Assembly (NCBI GenBank): GCA_963929435.1
Contig: CAWVIV010000006.1
Location: 2,535-66,534, forward strand
DNA: 64,000 nt
Direction: 5' to 3'
Origin: an uncultured Bacilli bacterium
Lineage (GTDB): Bacteria; Bacillota_I; Bacilli_A; RF39; UBA660
In this document: piece by piece, positions 47,644-58,377 of the stretch
How the letters are laid out: each line of letters starts with the position of its first letter
Position numbering within the stretch: the first letter of the stretch is position 1
Translations under genes and position numbers: made by a program
The notes under the pieces: generated by a model
Databases searched by the model: none
The model's input: the letters and a program-made list of their open reading frames with translations, nothing else
Told to the model about the DNA's origin: nothing

Positions 47644-49530
47644 TTATTTAGCAAGTAATTCACTAATTAAATTACTTATCTCAGTTGGATTATCTAAAGT
47701 CATTCCTTCAATAAGTCTAGCTTCTGCATAAAGTATTTTACTATATTTCTCTAATGTCTCATAATCTTTCTTTTCATATAAAGATTTTAATTTAGTAGCA
47801 ATAGGATGATCTTCATTAATCTCCATCACAGTACTTGCTTTTACACCAGTATCAGTTGGCATAGCATCCATTACTTTTTGCATTTCTACTGATACAGCAC
47901 CTTTACTAGTTAAGCATACAGGATGATTTTTAAGTCTATGAGTAAATGCTACTTCATTAACACCATTATTTAGAGCATCATGCATTTTAGTAAACATATC
48001 TTTATACTCTTCATTAGTTTTCTTTAACTCTTCTTTCTCTTCATCACTTTCAAAGTCTGCATCACTACTTGCTACATTGACAAAGTTCTTCTCTTTATAA
48101 TTCATCATTACTTTAAAGACAAATTCATCTAAGTAATCAGTTAAATATAAGATATCTATACCCTTCTCTTTAGCAGCTTCAACCTGTGGTAATAAATCAA
48201 TCTTATCAATAGTCTCACCACAAGCATAGTAAATTGTCTTATCATCATCTTTCATACCAGAAACATATTCATCAAGAGTAACCATTTTCTTTTCTTTAGA
48301 TGAATAGAAAAGTAATAAATCTTGTAATGTTTCCTTAGCCATTCCATAAGACTCATAAATACCTACTTTAAGTTGCATTCCAAAGTCTTTAAAGAATTTC
48401 TCATAGTTTTCTCTATCATTTTTAAGCATTTTTTCTAGTTCTTTTTTTATCTTAGATTCAAGACTCTTAGCGATAGATTTAATTTGATAGTTCTCTTGTA
48501 AAGTCTCTCTTGAAATATTTAAAGATATATCTTCACTATCAACAATACCTTTAACAAAGCTAAAGTAATCAGGTAAAAGGTCAGCACATTTATCCATGAT
48601 TAGAACACCTTTAGAATAAAGCTCAAGTCCTTTCTCATAGTCTTTAGAATAATAATTATATGGAGCATGACTTGGTATAAATAATAAAGCTGTATAAGAA
48701 CATCTTCCTTCTACTTCACTACGAATTACTTTTAAAGGAGCTTCATAATCATAGAATTTATCTGTATAAAAAGAATTATAATCTTCATCTTTTACACTAC
48801 TCTTTTGTTTCTTCCAAATAGGAACCATACTGTTTAGAGTTTTATCTTCAATCTTTTTCTCTTCCTTATCATCTTTCTTAGTAGTTGTTTCTACTTTCAT
48901 CTTAATAGGATATGCTATATAGTCAGAATACTTCTTAACTAATCTTTCAAGAGCATAGTCTTCTAGATATTCATCATAGTTATTATCTTCATTATTCTCT
49001 TTTAGATGAAGGATAACTTTAGTACCACATTTATCATAGTCACACTCTTCTATAGAATATCCATCAGCACCTCTTGATACCCAGCGATATGCTTTATCAC
49101 TATCATAGGCTTTACTAATTACTTCTACTTCATCACTTACCATAAAGCTAGAGTAAAAACCTACACCAAACTGACCAATAATAGCCATATTTTTATCATC
49201 AGACATCTTCTCTTTAAATAATTCAGAACCACTCTTAGCGATAGTACCTAAGTTATTTTCAAGTTCTTCTTCTGTCATACCAATACCATTATCAACGATA
49301 GTTAAGGTACGATTATCTTTATCAGGAATAAGTCTAATCTCTAAGTCTTTTTTCTTAACTTTAATACTTTTATTAGTAAGTGATTCATAATAAAGTTTAT
49401 CAATAGCATCACTTGCATTAGAGATTAACTCTCTTAAAAATATCTCCCTATTAGTATAAATAGAATTAATCATTAAATCTAATAGCTTTTTAGATTCAGC
49501 TTTAAATTGTTTCTTCTTCAAAATAATCAC
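47644..49530 (-). CDS. htpG: Chaperone HtpG (Hsp90)
   Basis: FLRELISNASDAIDK, DNGIGM, GQFGVGFYS, NISRE, LYAEARLIEG. Confidence 0.97.
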   Translation of the reverse strand: MIILKKKQFKAESKKLLDLMINSIYTNREIFLRELISNASDAIDKLYYESLTNKSIKVKKKDLEIRLIPDKDNRTLTIVDNGIGMTEEELENNLGTIAKSGSELFKEKMSDDKNMAIIGQFGVGFYSSFMVSDEVEVISKAYDSDKAYRWVSRGADGYSIEECDYDKCGTKVILHLKENNEDNNYDEYLEDYALERLVKKYSDYIAYPIKMKVETTTKKDDKEEKKIEDKTLNSMVPIWKKQKSSVKDEDYNSFYTDKFYDYEAPLKVIRSEVEGRCSYTALLFIPSHAPYNYYSKDYEKGLELYSKGVLIMDKCADLLPDYFSFVKGIVDSEDISLNISRETLQENYQIKSIAKSLESKIKKELEKMLKNDRENYEKFFKDFGMQLKVGIYESYGMAKETLQDLLLFYSSKEKKMVTLDEYVSGMKDDDKTIYYACGETIDKIDLLPQVEAAKEKGIDILYLTDYLDEFVFKVMMNYKEKNFVNVASSDADFESDEEKEELKKTNEEYKDMFTKMHDALNNGVNEVAFTHRLKNHPVCLTSKGAVSVEMQKVMDAMPTDTGVKASTVMEINEDHPIATKLKSLYEKKDYETLEKYSKILYAEARLIEGMTLDNPTEISNLISELLAK

Positions 49531-49554
49531 TCTTCTTTCTTATTTACATAATGT

Positions 49555-49596
49555 AGAATAACACTAGAGTTAGCAATTGTCAATAGTGAGTGCTAA
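49555..49596 (-). promoter_or_regulatory. htpG promoter with overlapping CIRCE (HrcA) operator
   Basis: TTAGCAATT-N9-GAGTGCTAA at 49570-49596. Minus-strand TTGACA (49583-49578), 17 nt, extended TGn-TATTCT (49560-49555). Confidence 0.8.
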
Positions 49597-49604
49597 AAAA
49601 ACTA

Positions 49605-50486
49605 TTACTTTTTTGGTAATAGTTCTATATAATTAATAACTTCATTTATTGTTTTATTAAAGTCTTCATAATTAGTATTAAACCACCTAAGTTTAAATTG
49701 ATGATTAAAGAAAGTATATTGTCTTTTAGCATAATGTCTTGAGTTTTTCTTGATATCATCCTTTACTTCATCTAAAGTTTTTTCATGATTAAAGTATGGA
49801 ATAAACTCTTTATAACCTATCGCCGTATTTAAAGCTTTAGAAGTATTAAACTCATCTTTTAAAGATTCTACTTCTTCTAATAGACCATTATTAAACATGA
49901 TATCTACTCTTTTATTAATCTTATCATATAGAGTATTTCTATCAGTAGTTAATCCTATAAAGATAGTATCTTTATATAAAAGGTTATTCCCATTATTAGT
50001 AATAGTCTCATTGTTTTCTAGTTTATTTAAGAGCCTTACTAATCTTTTTCTATTGTTTACATGAGGTAGTTCTTCTACATTATAAGATTTTATTTTATTA
50101 AGTATCTCTTCATTAGTTAAATCATTATATTCTTTATAAGTTGTACCCTCTGTAAAATTATAATCAAAAAGTACTGCTTTTAAATATAGACCTGTCCCTC
50201 CTACTAAGATAATATTTTTATTTTCTTTTAGAAGTTTATCTATTAAGTGTCTTGCATCTTTTTGATAATCATAAACAGAATAGTTTTTATCAAGTGATAC
50301 ATTACTAAGTAAATGATGAGGTACTCCTTCCATTTCTTCTTTAGTTACTTTAGCAGTACCTATATCCAACTTAACATACACTTGCATAGCATCAAAATTA
50401 ATAACTTCGGCTTTGTATTTTTTAGCTAAAGCTATACTTAAAGCAGTTTTACCAACAGCAGTTGGTCCTAATATGGCAATTATCAT
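49605..50486 (-). CDS. miaA: tRNA dimethylallyltransferase
   Basis: GPTAVGKT, DAMQVY, DIGTAK, PHHL, VGGTGLY, AIGYKE, YAKRQYT. Confidence 0.96.
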   Translation of the reverse strand: MIIAILGPTAVGKTALSIALAKKYKAEVINFDAMQVYVKLDIGTAKVTKEEMEGVPHHLLSNVSLDKNYSVYDYQKDARHLIDKLLKENKNIILVGGTGLYLKAVLFDYNFTEGTTYKEYNDLTNEEILNKIKSYNVEELPHVNNRKRLVRLLNKLENNETITNNGNNLLYKDTIFIGLTTDRNTLYDKINKRVDIMFNNGLLEEVESLKDEFNTSKALNTAIGYKEFIPYFNHEKTLDEVKDDIKKNSRHYAKRQYTFFNHQFKLRWFNTNYEDFNKTINEVINYIELLPKK

Positions 50487-50495
50487 AAATCTCTC

Positions 50496-51359
50496 CTATA
50501 AATTAAAATTTTTATTTATCCAATTAAAAATTAAATTTGCAATTTCTTTTTCTTTATTTTTATAAGTATGACCTGTATTCTCAATTATTTTGTATTCAAA
50601 ATTATTACAGTTTAATGCTTTATCTTTTAATAAATCTAAATGTTGATAATAATCTTCTTCATTAGAGCCAGAGAAAGTGAGAATTGGGACATCTATTGTT
50701 TCAAATTGTTTCCAATGTTCTTTATTAGAAATAACTGGTAAATTATCAAGATTAGAATTTTCATTATACCAATTATAATAAGTAAGAGAACTCATATACA
50801 TATAATCTTCTATCATTTTATGAAGTAATTTTGTTGGTTCGTTATTATCTATATTTTTCTTTGCTTCCGATAATAATCCTTTATAATCAGGCTCCAATAA
50901 CAAATGGGAACCAATCATATCTGGGGCACTTGCAAGGATTATTCCTAAAATATTAGGATGTTTTTTATAATAATAGTAGATAACTTTATTACATCCATAA
51001 CTGTGTCCTAACAAAATGATTCTTTTATATCCTTTATCTTTTGCAGTTTGTATCGCTAAATCTATATCATAAATACAGTCTTCAAATATTTCATACATGC
51101 ACCCACATCTTTTAAATGAACCATCTTTCATGACTATATCATTTTCTATAGAGTGACCTCTGTTATGCTCATAAATAAAACCAATATTTTTTTCTGATAA
51201 TACTTTGCCCCATACGGTAGCAAAGTAGTTGTCTACAATTGTTCCACACATACCATGTATACAAATAACGCATATATCTTTTTCTTTACTTTCAAAATGT
51301 ACCATAGGTAACATTAATCCATCTACAGTATAAGCATTATTAATAAATTCAATATTCAT
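50496..51359 (-). CDS. Alpha/beta hydrolase (DUF1749-like)
   Basis: IHGMCG, nucleophile GHSYG, C-terminal TGH. Confidence 0.8.
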   Translation of the reverse strand: MNIEFINNAYTVDGLMLPMVHFESKEKDICVICIHGMCGTIVDNYFATVWGKVLSEKNIGFIYEHNRGHSIENDIVMKDGSFKRCGCMYEIFEDCIYDIDLAIQTAKDKGYKRIILLGHSYGCNKVIYYYYKKHPNILGIILASAPDMIGSHLLLEPDYKGLLSEAKKNIDNNEPTKLLHKMIEDYMYMSSLTYYNWYNENSNLDNLPVISNKEHWKQFETIDVPILTFSGSNEEDYYQHLDLLKDKALNCNNFEYKIIENTGHTYKNKEKEIANLIFNWINKNFNL

Positions 51360-51420
51360 AGTAGTCCCTCCTCATAGAAATAAAGCTAGATATTTATGTT
51401 TTTTTAGTAGTTTTTATAAC

Positions 51421-51465
51421 ATAACTCCAAAAAAATACTAAAATAATTGATTTTTTTGGAGTTAT
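51421..51465 (-). terminator. Perfect 16-bp inverted repeat just after the mutL stop
   Basis: ATAACTCCAAAAAAAT (51421-51436) / ATTTTTTTGGAGTTAT (51450-51465). Confidence 0.55.
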
Positions 51466-51467
51466 AG

Positions 51468-53262
51468 TTAATTCATCGCTCTTTTAAAGAGTCTTTCTAA
51501 GTCATAATTACTATATGTAATAATAGTTGGTCTACCATGAGGACAAGTAAAAGGATTGTCAGTTCGTCTTAAGTTATCTAAAAGGATTTTAGCAGTATCT
51601 AAGTCTAAATAATCATTGGCTTTTATACTCATTTTACAAGCCATAGTAGATGCTGTCTTATAGATGAATTTTTCTTTATCAAATTCACCTTTTTCTAGGG
51701 TGATAGCAATTATCTTTTCAATGGCTTCCCTCTCATATCCTTCAAAAAACCAAGTAGGATGACTTCTAACAATAAAAGTATTATCACCAAACTCTTCTAA
51801 AGCAATACCAATACTCTTTAGAATATCCATATGTTCTTTAATTCTAATAAACTCATCTTTAGGATATTCTAATCTAATAGGTACTAGTAAATCTATAATT
51901 TTATAATCATCTTTTAATAGAGCATTTAAGACTTTTTCATAGTTAATACGTTCTGCCGCTGCATGTTGGTCTATTATATACATACCACTTGAGTTTTCTG
52001 CGATTATATAAGTCTTATGAACAATACCTACAGGTATCATTTCTTTGATACGATAGTCATCTTTTTTCTCTTTTTCATCTTCAACTACTTCTTCAGTCTT
52101 AGTACCCGTTATCTTATTATCATTATCAAAGTCAAAAGATAATTCTTCTAGATTAGGAGATGTTTCTTTAATAGGTTCTTCTTCATCATCTAGTTCATAG
52201 TTAATAGTATTAACAGGAAGAGAGTCTTCTACTTCATAAATAGTATTTAAATCCCTAATATTAGCATGAGGTACTAGTAATACTCTCTTTTAGTTTAGAA
52301 CTAATTACTTTCGTAATTAACTCTTTTAGACTATCTAATTTAGAGAACTTTATATCCATCTTTTGCGGATGTATATTAATATCTATAAGGATGGGGTCGA
52401 CATCTATATTTAAAACTATCATAGGAAACTTATCTTTAGGTATATAAGTATGATAACAGTCTATTAGACATCTATTTAAATCTAAATTCTTAATAACTCT
52501 ACCATTTACTAAAGTAGTAATAACATTACGAGAAGTCTTGGCAATTTCTGGATAACCAATATAACCAGATATTACATAATCATCGTTTTCGCCACTTATC
52601 TCTATCATTTTTTTAGCAACATCTATGCCATAGACAGCATAGATTACTTTTAATAAATTACCATCACCACTTGTATTTAATAACTCTTTTTCATTATTAG
52701 TTAAAACAAATCTAATAGATGGATATGATAGAGCCATTTTATTAACATATTCGATTATTAAAGCAAGTTCTGTATAAAGATTCTTTAAATACTTTAATCT
52801 TACTGGAGTATTATAGAATAAATCTCTAACTTCAATAGTTGTACCCACACTTAAATCACTATTTTCTACACTCTCTATTACCCCGCCATTTAAAGAGATA
52901 CTTGTTCCTACGCCATCTTTACTAGTCTGCAGATAAACATGAGAAACTGAAGCGATAGATGGTAGGGCTTCTCCTCTAAAGCCTAATGTTTCGATATTAA
53001 ATAAATCATCTAAGTTTTTTAATTTACTAGTGGCATGACGTGAGAATGCAAGCATCGCATCTTCTTTATTCATGCCAATACCATTATCACTTACTACTAT
53101 TTTTTTAGTACCAGAATCTATTAAGTTAATCTTAATTTCCGTAGACTCAGCATCTATAGAGTTTTCTACTAATTCTTTAACAACATTTAAACATCTTTCT
53201 ACTACTTCTCCTGCAGCTATCTTATTAGCAAGTATTTCATCCATTACTTTAATAGTTGCCAT
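51468..53262 (-). pseudogene. mutL: DNA mismatch repair protein MutL, split by a +1 frameshift near 52285
   Basis: IAAGEVVER, ELVENSIDA, DNGIGM, RHATSK, GFRGEAL; C-terminal DQHAAAER, CK, CPHGRP. Removing one base gives 598 codons. Confidence 0.9.
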
Positions 53263-53720
53263 CATTCTACCTCACAACTTGCATCTTTTGTTAATCTTTC
53301 TATCCCTGCGATTGAATTAGAACATGCTTGGCTTTCATATCCTGAACATTTTAAACAAGCAGAATATTCTATATCCATATTAAAGCCTGTATTATTATTT
53401 CTTTTTACAATAGCATAACTTTCTAAATTACAAGTTCTATTAGAAACATTAGGATCTTCAAGATTATTTACATATCCTTCACAGATTAACTTAGATACAT
53501 CAACTACTAAAGATTCACCTTCTAAAGGAATATATCCTGTATGATCTATTAAATAGTTAGTAACTCCATCAGTAATATTTTTTTCATAATCCTCATAAAC
53601 TGCAGATTTTGTTCTATCTAAATACTGTGACACTCCCATATAAGCAAGAGTTACTAAAATACCAAGTATAATTATGACGGCAAGTAATTCTAGCATTGTA
53701 AATCCCTTTTTATTTATCAT
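53262..53720 (-). CDS. Type IV prepilin-like protein
   Basis: Class III signal peptide KKG|FTMLELLAVIIILGIL; C-terminal Cys pairs; GAGGAG RBS. Confidence 0.88.
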   Translation of the reverse strand: MINKKGFTMLELLAVIIILGILVTLAYMGVSQYLDRTKSAVYEDYEKNITDGVTNYLIDHTGYIPLEGESLVVDVSKLICEGYVNNLEDPNVSNRTCNLESYAIVKRNNNTGFNMDIEYSACLKCSGYESQACSNSIAGIERLTKDASCEVE

Positions 53721-55488
53721 TATTTTCATCCTCCTCATGCAAGACATTATAGAGATTTAATGCTACAGTATCTCCTACTATTTTACTTAAATCCTCTATA
53801 CTTGCTTCCCTCATTTTTTTCATAGAACCAAATTTCTTTAATAGTTCTTTACGTCTAACTTCTCCTATTCCTGGCACTAAATCTAGATAACTTGATAGTA
53901 GTCCTTTACTTTTAATATTACGATGATAAGTTATAGCAAAGCGATGAACTTCTTCTTGAATTTTTGATAGATAAAGGAATAGGTTACTATCACTTTTAAT
54001 ATCTAAGACTTTATAATTACTATCTATAACAGTATTAGTTCTATGATGAGAATCTTTCTTAAGACCTATTATTGGTATTGATAAATTTAAACTAGAAAGT
54101 ATCTCTTTACAGACATTTACTTGAGTTTCTCCTCCATCCATAACGATTAAATCTGGTAAGACTTCATTATCCATAATCGCTTTATAATATCTTCGATATA
54201 ATACTTCTCTCATCGCTCCTAAATCATCTTTAACATCAGTACTTATTTTATATTTACGATAATCATTCTTTAAAGGTTCAAAGTCACGAAAAACAACCAT
54301 AGCCCCTACATAGTATGTTCCAAATAAATGAGAGTTATCAAAGCTTTCCATACGAGATACACTATCTACATTAAGAAGAGTTTTTAACTCATTTAAAGCT
54401 TCCATCTTTTTATTATCATCTTTCTTAAGTGTTTCTAACTCTTCATTTAAGACTACTTTAGAGTTTTCTTCGGCAAGGTCAACTAGTTTCTTTAACTCTC
54501 CTCTTTTAGGAACATGGACTTTAACTTTTAAATATTCACTAAGTAATTCAGCATTTAAAGTATCTGGTATTAATATCTCATGGGCAAGAATATTTTTATC
54601 ATAGAATTTAATGATATACTCTTCCATATCATCAACGACATTATCTAGTGTCTGTAATGTTTCATGATGTCTACCAAAAAGTATTCCTTCTCTTATAAAG
54701 AAAACTGTTATGGATAAATAGTTATCTACTACTGTATAATTAAAGATATCAAAGTTATAATTTTTCTTTAAATCTATCTTTTGCTTAGTAAGTGTTATAT
54801 CTATATCGGTTAACATTTCTCTTAATTCTAAAGCTTTCTCATAATTTAAAGCATTACTTGCTTTTTCCATTTCTTTTGTAATTTTCTCTTTAATAAAACT
54901 ACTATTACCTTTAAGAAAGCTTGTTATCTCATCAGTCATAGATTTAATAGTATCTTTATCTATTTCTTTAATACAGTAACCTAAGCATTCATTTATATGA
55001 TAATATAAGCATTCTTTTTTAGGTAGTTTTTCACACTTTCTTAAGGGATATAAACGATTAATCATATTAACTGTCTTTCGGGCTGAGCCTACATTAGGAT
55101 AAGGTCCAAATAATTTATGGTCTTTTTTCTTTCTTTTAACATTTCTAACTACTCTAAGTCGAGGATACTTTTCATTAGTTAGTTCAATATAAGGATAACT
55201 CTTATCATCTTTAAGTAAGATATTATATTTAGGGTCATATTTTTTAATTAGGTTTATTTCAAGTATTAAACTCTCTAACTCACTATCAGTTACAATGTAT
55301 TCAAAGTCATCTATATCTTGAACTAACATTGCTGTCTTTCCTGTTACATTACCTCTAAAGTAACTACTAACCCTTTTCTTCAAATTCTTAGCTTTACCAA
55401 CATAGATAATATAACCATTCTTATCTTTCATCTGATAACTTCCAGGTAGTTCTGGAACTAATTTTAATTTTTCCTTAAAGTCTTTCAT
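53710..55488 (-). CDS. uvrC: Excinuclease ABC subunit C
   Basis: GIY-YIG (IIYVGKAKNLKKRV), YNILLKDDKSYP, ESFDNSH, DGG, EVHRFAI, HhH GIGEVR. Confidence 0.97.
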   Translation of the reverse strand: MKDFKEKLKLVPELPGSYQMKDKNGYIIYVGKAKNLKKRVSSYFRGNVTGKTAMLVQDIDDFEYIVTDSELESLILEINLIKKYDPKYNILLKDDKSYPYIELTNEKYPRLRVVRNVKRKKKDHKLFGPYPNVGSARKTVNMINRLYPLRKCEKLPKKECLYYHINECLGYCIKEIDKDTIKSMTDEITSFLKGNSSFIKEKITKEMEKASNALNYEKALELREMLTDIDITLTKQKIDLKKNYNFDIFNYTVVDNYLSITVFFIREGILFGRHHETLQTLDNVVDDMEEYIIKFYDKNILAHEILIPDTLNAELLSEYLKVKVHVPKRGELKKLVDLAEENSKVVLNEELETLKKDDNKKMEALNELKTLLNVDSVSRMESFDNSHLFGTYYVGAMVVFRDFEPLKNDYRKYKISTDVKDDLGAMREVLYRRYYKAIMDNEVLPDLIVMDGGETQVNVCKEILSSLNLSIPIIGLKKDSHHRTNTVIDSNYKVLDIKSDSNLFLYLSKIQEEVHRFAITYHRNIKSKGLLSSYLDLVPGIGEVRRKELLKKFGSMKKMREASIEDLSKIVGDTVALNLYNVLHEEDENNDK

Positions 55489-55507
55489 GACACATCACCT
55501 AACTAAA

Positions 55508-55536
55508 AAAATAAGTTATTTTACATAACTTATTTT
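55508..55536. terminator. AT-rich hairpin upstream of uvrC
   Basis: AAAATAAGTTAT-TTTAC-ATAACTTATTTT. Confidence 0.45.
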
Positions 55537-55562
55537 AGACTACATTCATTATTTTTACAAGT

Positions 55563-56000
55563 TTAAATCATATAATTATGAAATATTAAAGCACCATTTA
55601 AAGGATTCTTAAAGTAATCTTTTTTAAACCCATTTAATAGACAAACTTATGAATAATCAATTCCACAAAATGCACAAAATATTTTAAATCCTTTAATTCT
55701 AAAACTATAATCCTTCCAATACTTACAATCTCTACTAAGTAAATAAGCAAGATTTTCAGGATCATAATAATTATGTTTCTCTCGTATTATTTTATCAGGT
55801 TCTTCCATATTAACAATGTTTTCATCCTTTTCGTCAAAATAAACTTTCCATTTTTCTTAAAGATTTAAATCAACAATTTTACCTAAAGAATCTATAATAT
55901 TTTTAATATCTCCATCACTAAAATAACCATCTTCAAAAAGACCTAAAGGTCTAGTAACTCTTAAAGAAAGAGCGACACTGCAATATAATGCTCCACCCAT
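55563..56000 (-). pseudogene. Hypothetical gene interrupted by two in-frame TAA codons
   Basis: A 146-codon frame (MGGALYCSVAL...HNYMI) starts 7 nt after the preceding stop and contains two internal stops. Confidence 0.5.
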
Positions 56001-56007
56001 AATTAAC

Positions 56008-56274
56008 CTACATTAATCTTGCAATTTGAGCTTCATTTAAGCCAGTAGCTTGCATTATACTTTCTTTAGGTATACCTATTTCAAGAAGATTCTTAGCAAT
56101 AGATTTTTCTCTTTCTTTAGCACCTTGTTTAATGCCCTTTTTAATGCCCCTTTTCTCTCCTAACATTTCTTCTTCTTTAAGACTATTCATCATTTTTTCC
56201 ATCTCTTCCGCTTCATCATAAAACCCTACTGTATTAATATCAAGACTTAATCTCTTTGAAGCACAACCTTCCAT
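56008..56274 (-). CDS. Stand-alone Rpn C-terminal module (RpnS-like small protein)
   Basis: Own AGGAG RBS. Aligns with the last ~95 aa of 56291-57232 (GFYDEAEE, GIKKGIKQG, KSIAKNLL, IM.ATGL). Confidence 0.75.
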   Translation of the reverse strand: MEGCASKRLSLDINTVGFYDEAEEMEKMMNSLKEEEMLGEKRGIKKGIKQGAKEREKSIAKNLLEIGIPKESIMQATGLNEAQIARLM

Positions 56275-56290
56275 TAACTCAACATCTCCT

Positions 56291-57232
56291 TTACATCAAC
56301 ATTGTTATTTGATTCTTATTTAACCCTGTCGCTTTCATAATATCTTTTATTGGCATACCCATACTAAGAAGATTTTTAGCAATAGAATTTTTTTCATTAC
56401 TAACACCTTGTTTAATTCCTTGTTTAATTCCTTGTTTAAGACCTTGTTTAAGGCCTTGTTCTTTAGCAGTAATTTTTATACTATTTTCTATTCTTCTTCT
56501 TTCCTCTTCTTCATCATATAGTCCAATAGTATATGCATCATTAGTTAATCTTTTTAATTCTTTAGCAACTTCCATAAGTTCTTCGTCTCCTTCCGCTAAT
56601 TTGTCAATCTCATCAACTTTTGTTAAAGTTAATATCACTAGTTCTTTTTCTAATTTACTTAAATTTAATCCTCTATCATACTTTTCTCTTATTAATTTTA
56701 AATTAACATATATTTTACCCCATTTATCACTTTCTATTATTCCATATTTATCTCTTGATTTAAATTCTAATAGATTCTCCTTATTTAAGAAACAATAAAA
56801 GTTATTAATATTTATCTGTATTACTTTAGGCATACTAGCATAACTTTTCGCTTTTCTTATTAAATCATTTTTTATTTTACCTAAATAAGCATCATTTCTC
56901 TCAATTAAGCCATTCCATTTTCTATTATTAAACTCAAAGTTAAAAACATAGCCTTTTGTTTTAAATAAAACATCTGATACTTTACCTTTTTCTAAAACAT
57001 TATCTATTACATACTCAGTATTCATTTCTTTATAAGTATTTAATATTAACTCTTTAGATACACTTGTTAATTTAGATGTAGTATCTGCTCTATATTTAGG
57101 ACAGTTTCTCATAATAGCTTTATATATACAGTCATAAGTAGCAGGAACAACTTCTCCTTTTCTTCTTAACTCATTTACTATTTCTTCAAATCTTTTCTTT
57201 GTAATAGACAAGGAAATTCCTCCTTTCTGCAA
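56291..57232 (-). CDS. Rpn-family / PD-(D/E)XK nuclease-like 'transposase' protein
   Basis: YDCIYK near the N-terminus, SDVL...FNFEFNN nuclease core, VIQININNF, C-terminal KQG repeats and IAKNLL...ATGL. Confidence 0.8.
   Translation of the reverse strand: MQKGGISLSITKKRFEEIVNELRRKGEVVPATYDCIYKAIMRNCPKYRADTTSKLTSVSKELILNTYKEMNTEYVIDNVLEKGKVSDVLFKTKGYVFNFEFNNRKWNGLIERNDAYLGKIKNDLIRKAKSYASMPKVIQININNFYCFLNKENLLEFKSRDKYGIIESDKWGKIYVNLKLIREKYDRGLNLSKLEKELVILTLTKVDEIDKLAEGDEELMEVAKELKRLTNDAYTIGLYDEEEERRRIENSIKITAKEQGLKQGLKQGIKQGIKQGVSNEKNSIAKNLLSMGMPIKDIMKATGLNKNQITMLM
56405..56461 (-). repeat. 12-bp tandem repeat (~4.8 copies) encoding (L/I)KQG
   Basis: GAACAAGGC CTTAAACAAGGT CTTAAACAAGGA ATTAAACAAGGA ATTAAACAAGGT on the minus strand. 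Confidence 0.9.
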
Positions 57233-57519
57233 TACTTATAGCATAGCTTTAAAATGATTGCAAAAAGGTAATTTTTAAAATTCAAAGAAAATAGGCTCTC
57301 AATTTAATATTTTCTCTAGGAGAATTTTAAATATTCATTTCAAAAAAACTCTCAATTTTAAAAATCTATACTTTTTTAAAAAAATTAAATTTACCTCCTT
57401 TCCCCATCTTTTATGTATCGCCTCTTATATCTATAATGTATCATGATAGATAGATTGTGTCAATATATTTTTGATATATGTTTGAAACAATTAAAAGAAG
57501 AGAAAGTATTCCTTACGTT

Positions 57520-58361
57520 TCTTCTTTATTTGATTCTTCTTATAAACTAATATTTCTTGCTGATAGATGGTTTAATTCTACTACTATTTTGCAACATATT
57601 GACTCTTTAGGTCATACTTATTGTATTAGATTAAAAAGAAGGACATAAAGTTTGGAAATTTTTAGATGAAATAGAGCCTTACAAATATCACTCTAAATCT
57701 TTTAATGATATCCTACTTACTGATAACTCTTATAAAACTAATATTGTTATAAGTAAAACGGATGGTGTTAGTGAACCCTGGATTATTGTTACTAATGGTT
57801 CTACTAGAAGAGCCATTAAAGATTATGGTTATCGTTTTGGTTCTATTGAATCAGTATTTAAAAATCAAAAATCTAATGGCTTTTATATTGAATCTGTTGT
57901 TAAAGCAGACTTAGATTATTTTACTTCTATGTATACTCTTGTTTGTTTTTCTACTCTTTATTTAACTATATTAGGGGCAGACTATTCTAAAAATAATAGT
58001 TGTTATAAAACTGTTAAAATTACTACTCATAAATATTTTATAGAAAATGGTATAAGAGTAAAGAAAAGAGTAATGTCTTTATTTAATACAGGACTTACTC
58101 TATTTCATCTAGCTTTTAATTCCTCGAAATACATTAGGCTCCCCTTTTCCTTTACTCTCTATGATATTTAAAAAACTTAAATAACCAAAGTTCTTTTTGT
58201 CGTGGTTTAATTTATACTAAAAAGTGTAACTTATGATACCAAAAGTTACACTTTTTCTATTTTTATCATCATTGTTACCAACTCATACACTATTGGTCGT
58301 ACTTTTATATCTATTTTCCCTTTATTTTTCAACACTTTTACTAAAACTGTCCGTTACTCAG
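57520..58361 (+). mobile_element. 5'-truncated IS4-like DDE transposase remnant
   Basis: LADRWF, YCIRLK, EPWIIVTN, YGYRFGSIESVFKNQKSNGFYIE; stop at 58171. The right end near 58361 is a guess. Confidence 0.65.
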
Positions 58362-58377
58362 ATACATATAATCCCAC

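Noticed and set aside
56291-57232. Active transposon
   Set aside because: No terminal repeats or target duplication seen. The 'transposase' label of this family is historical.
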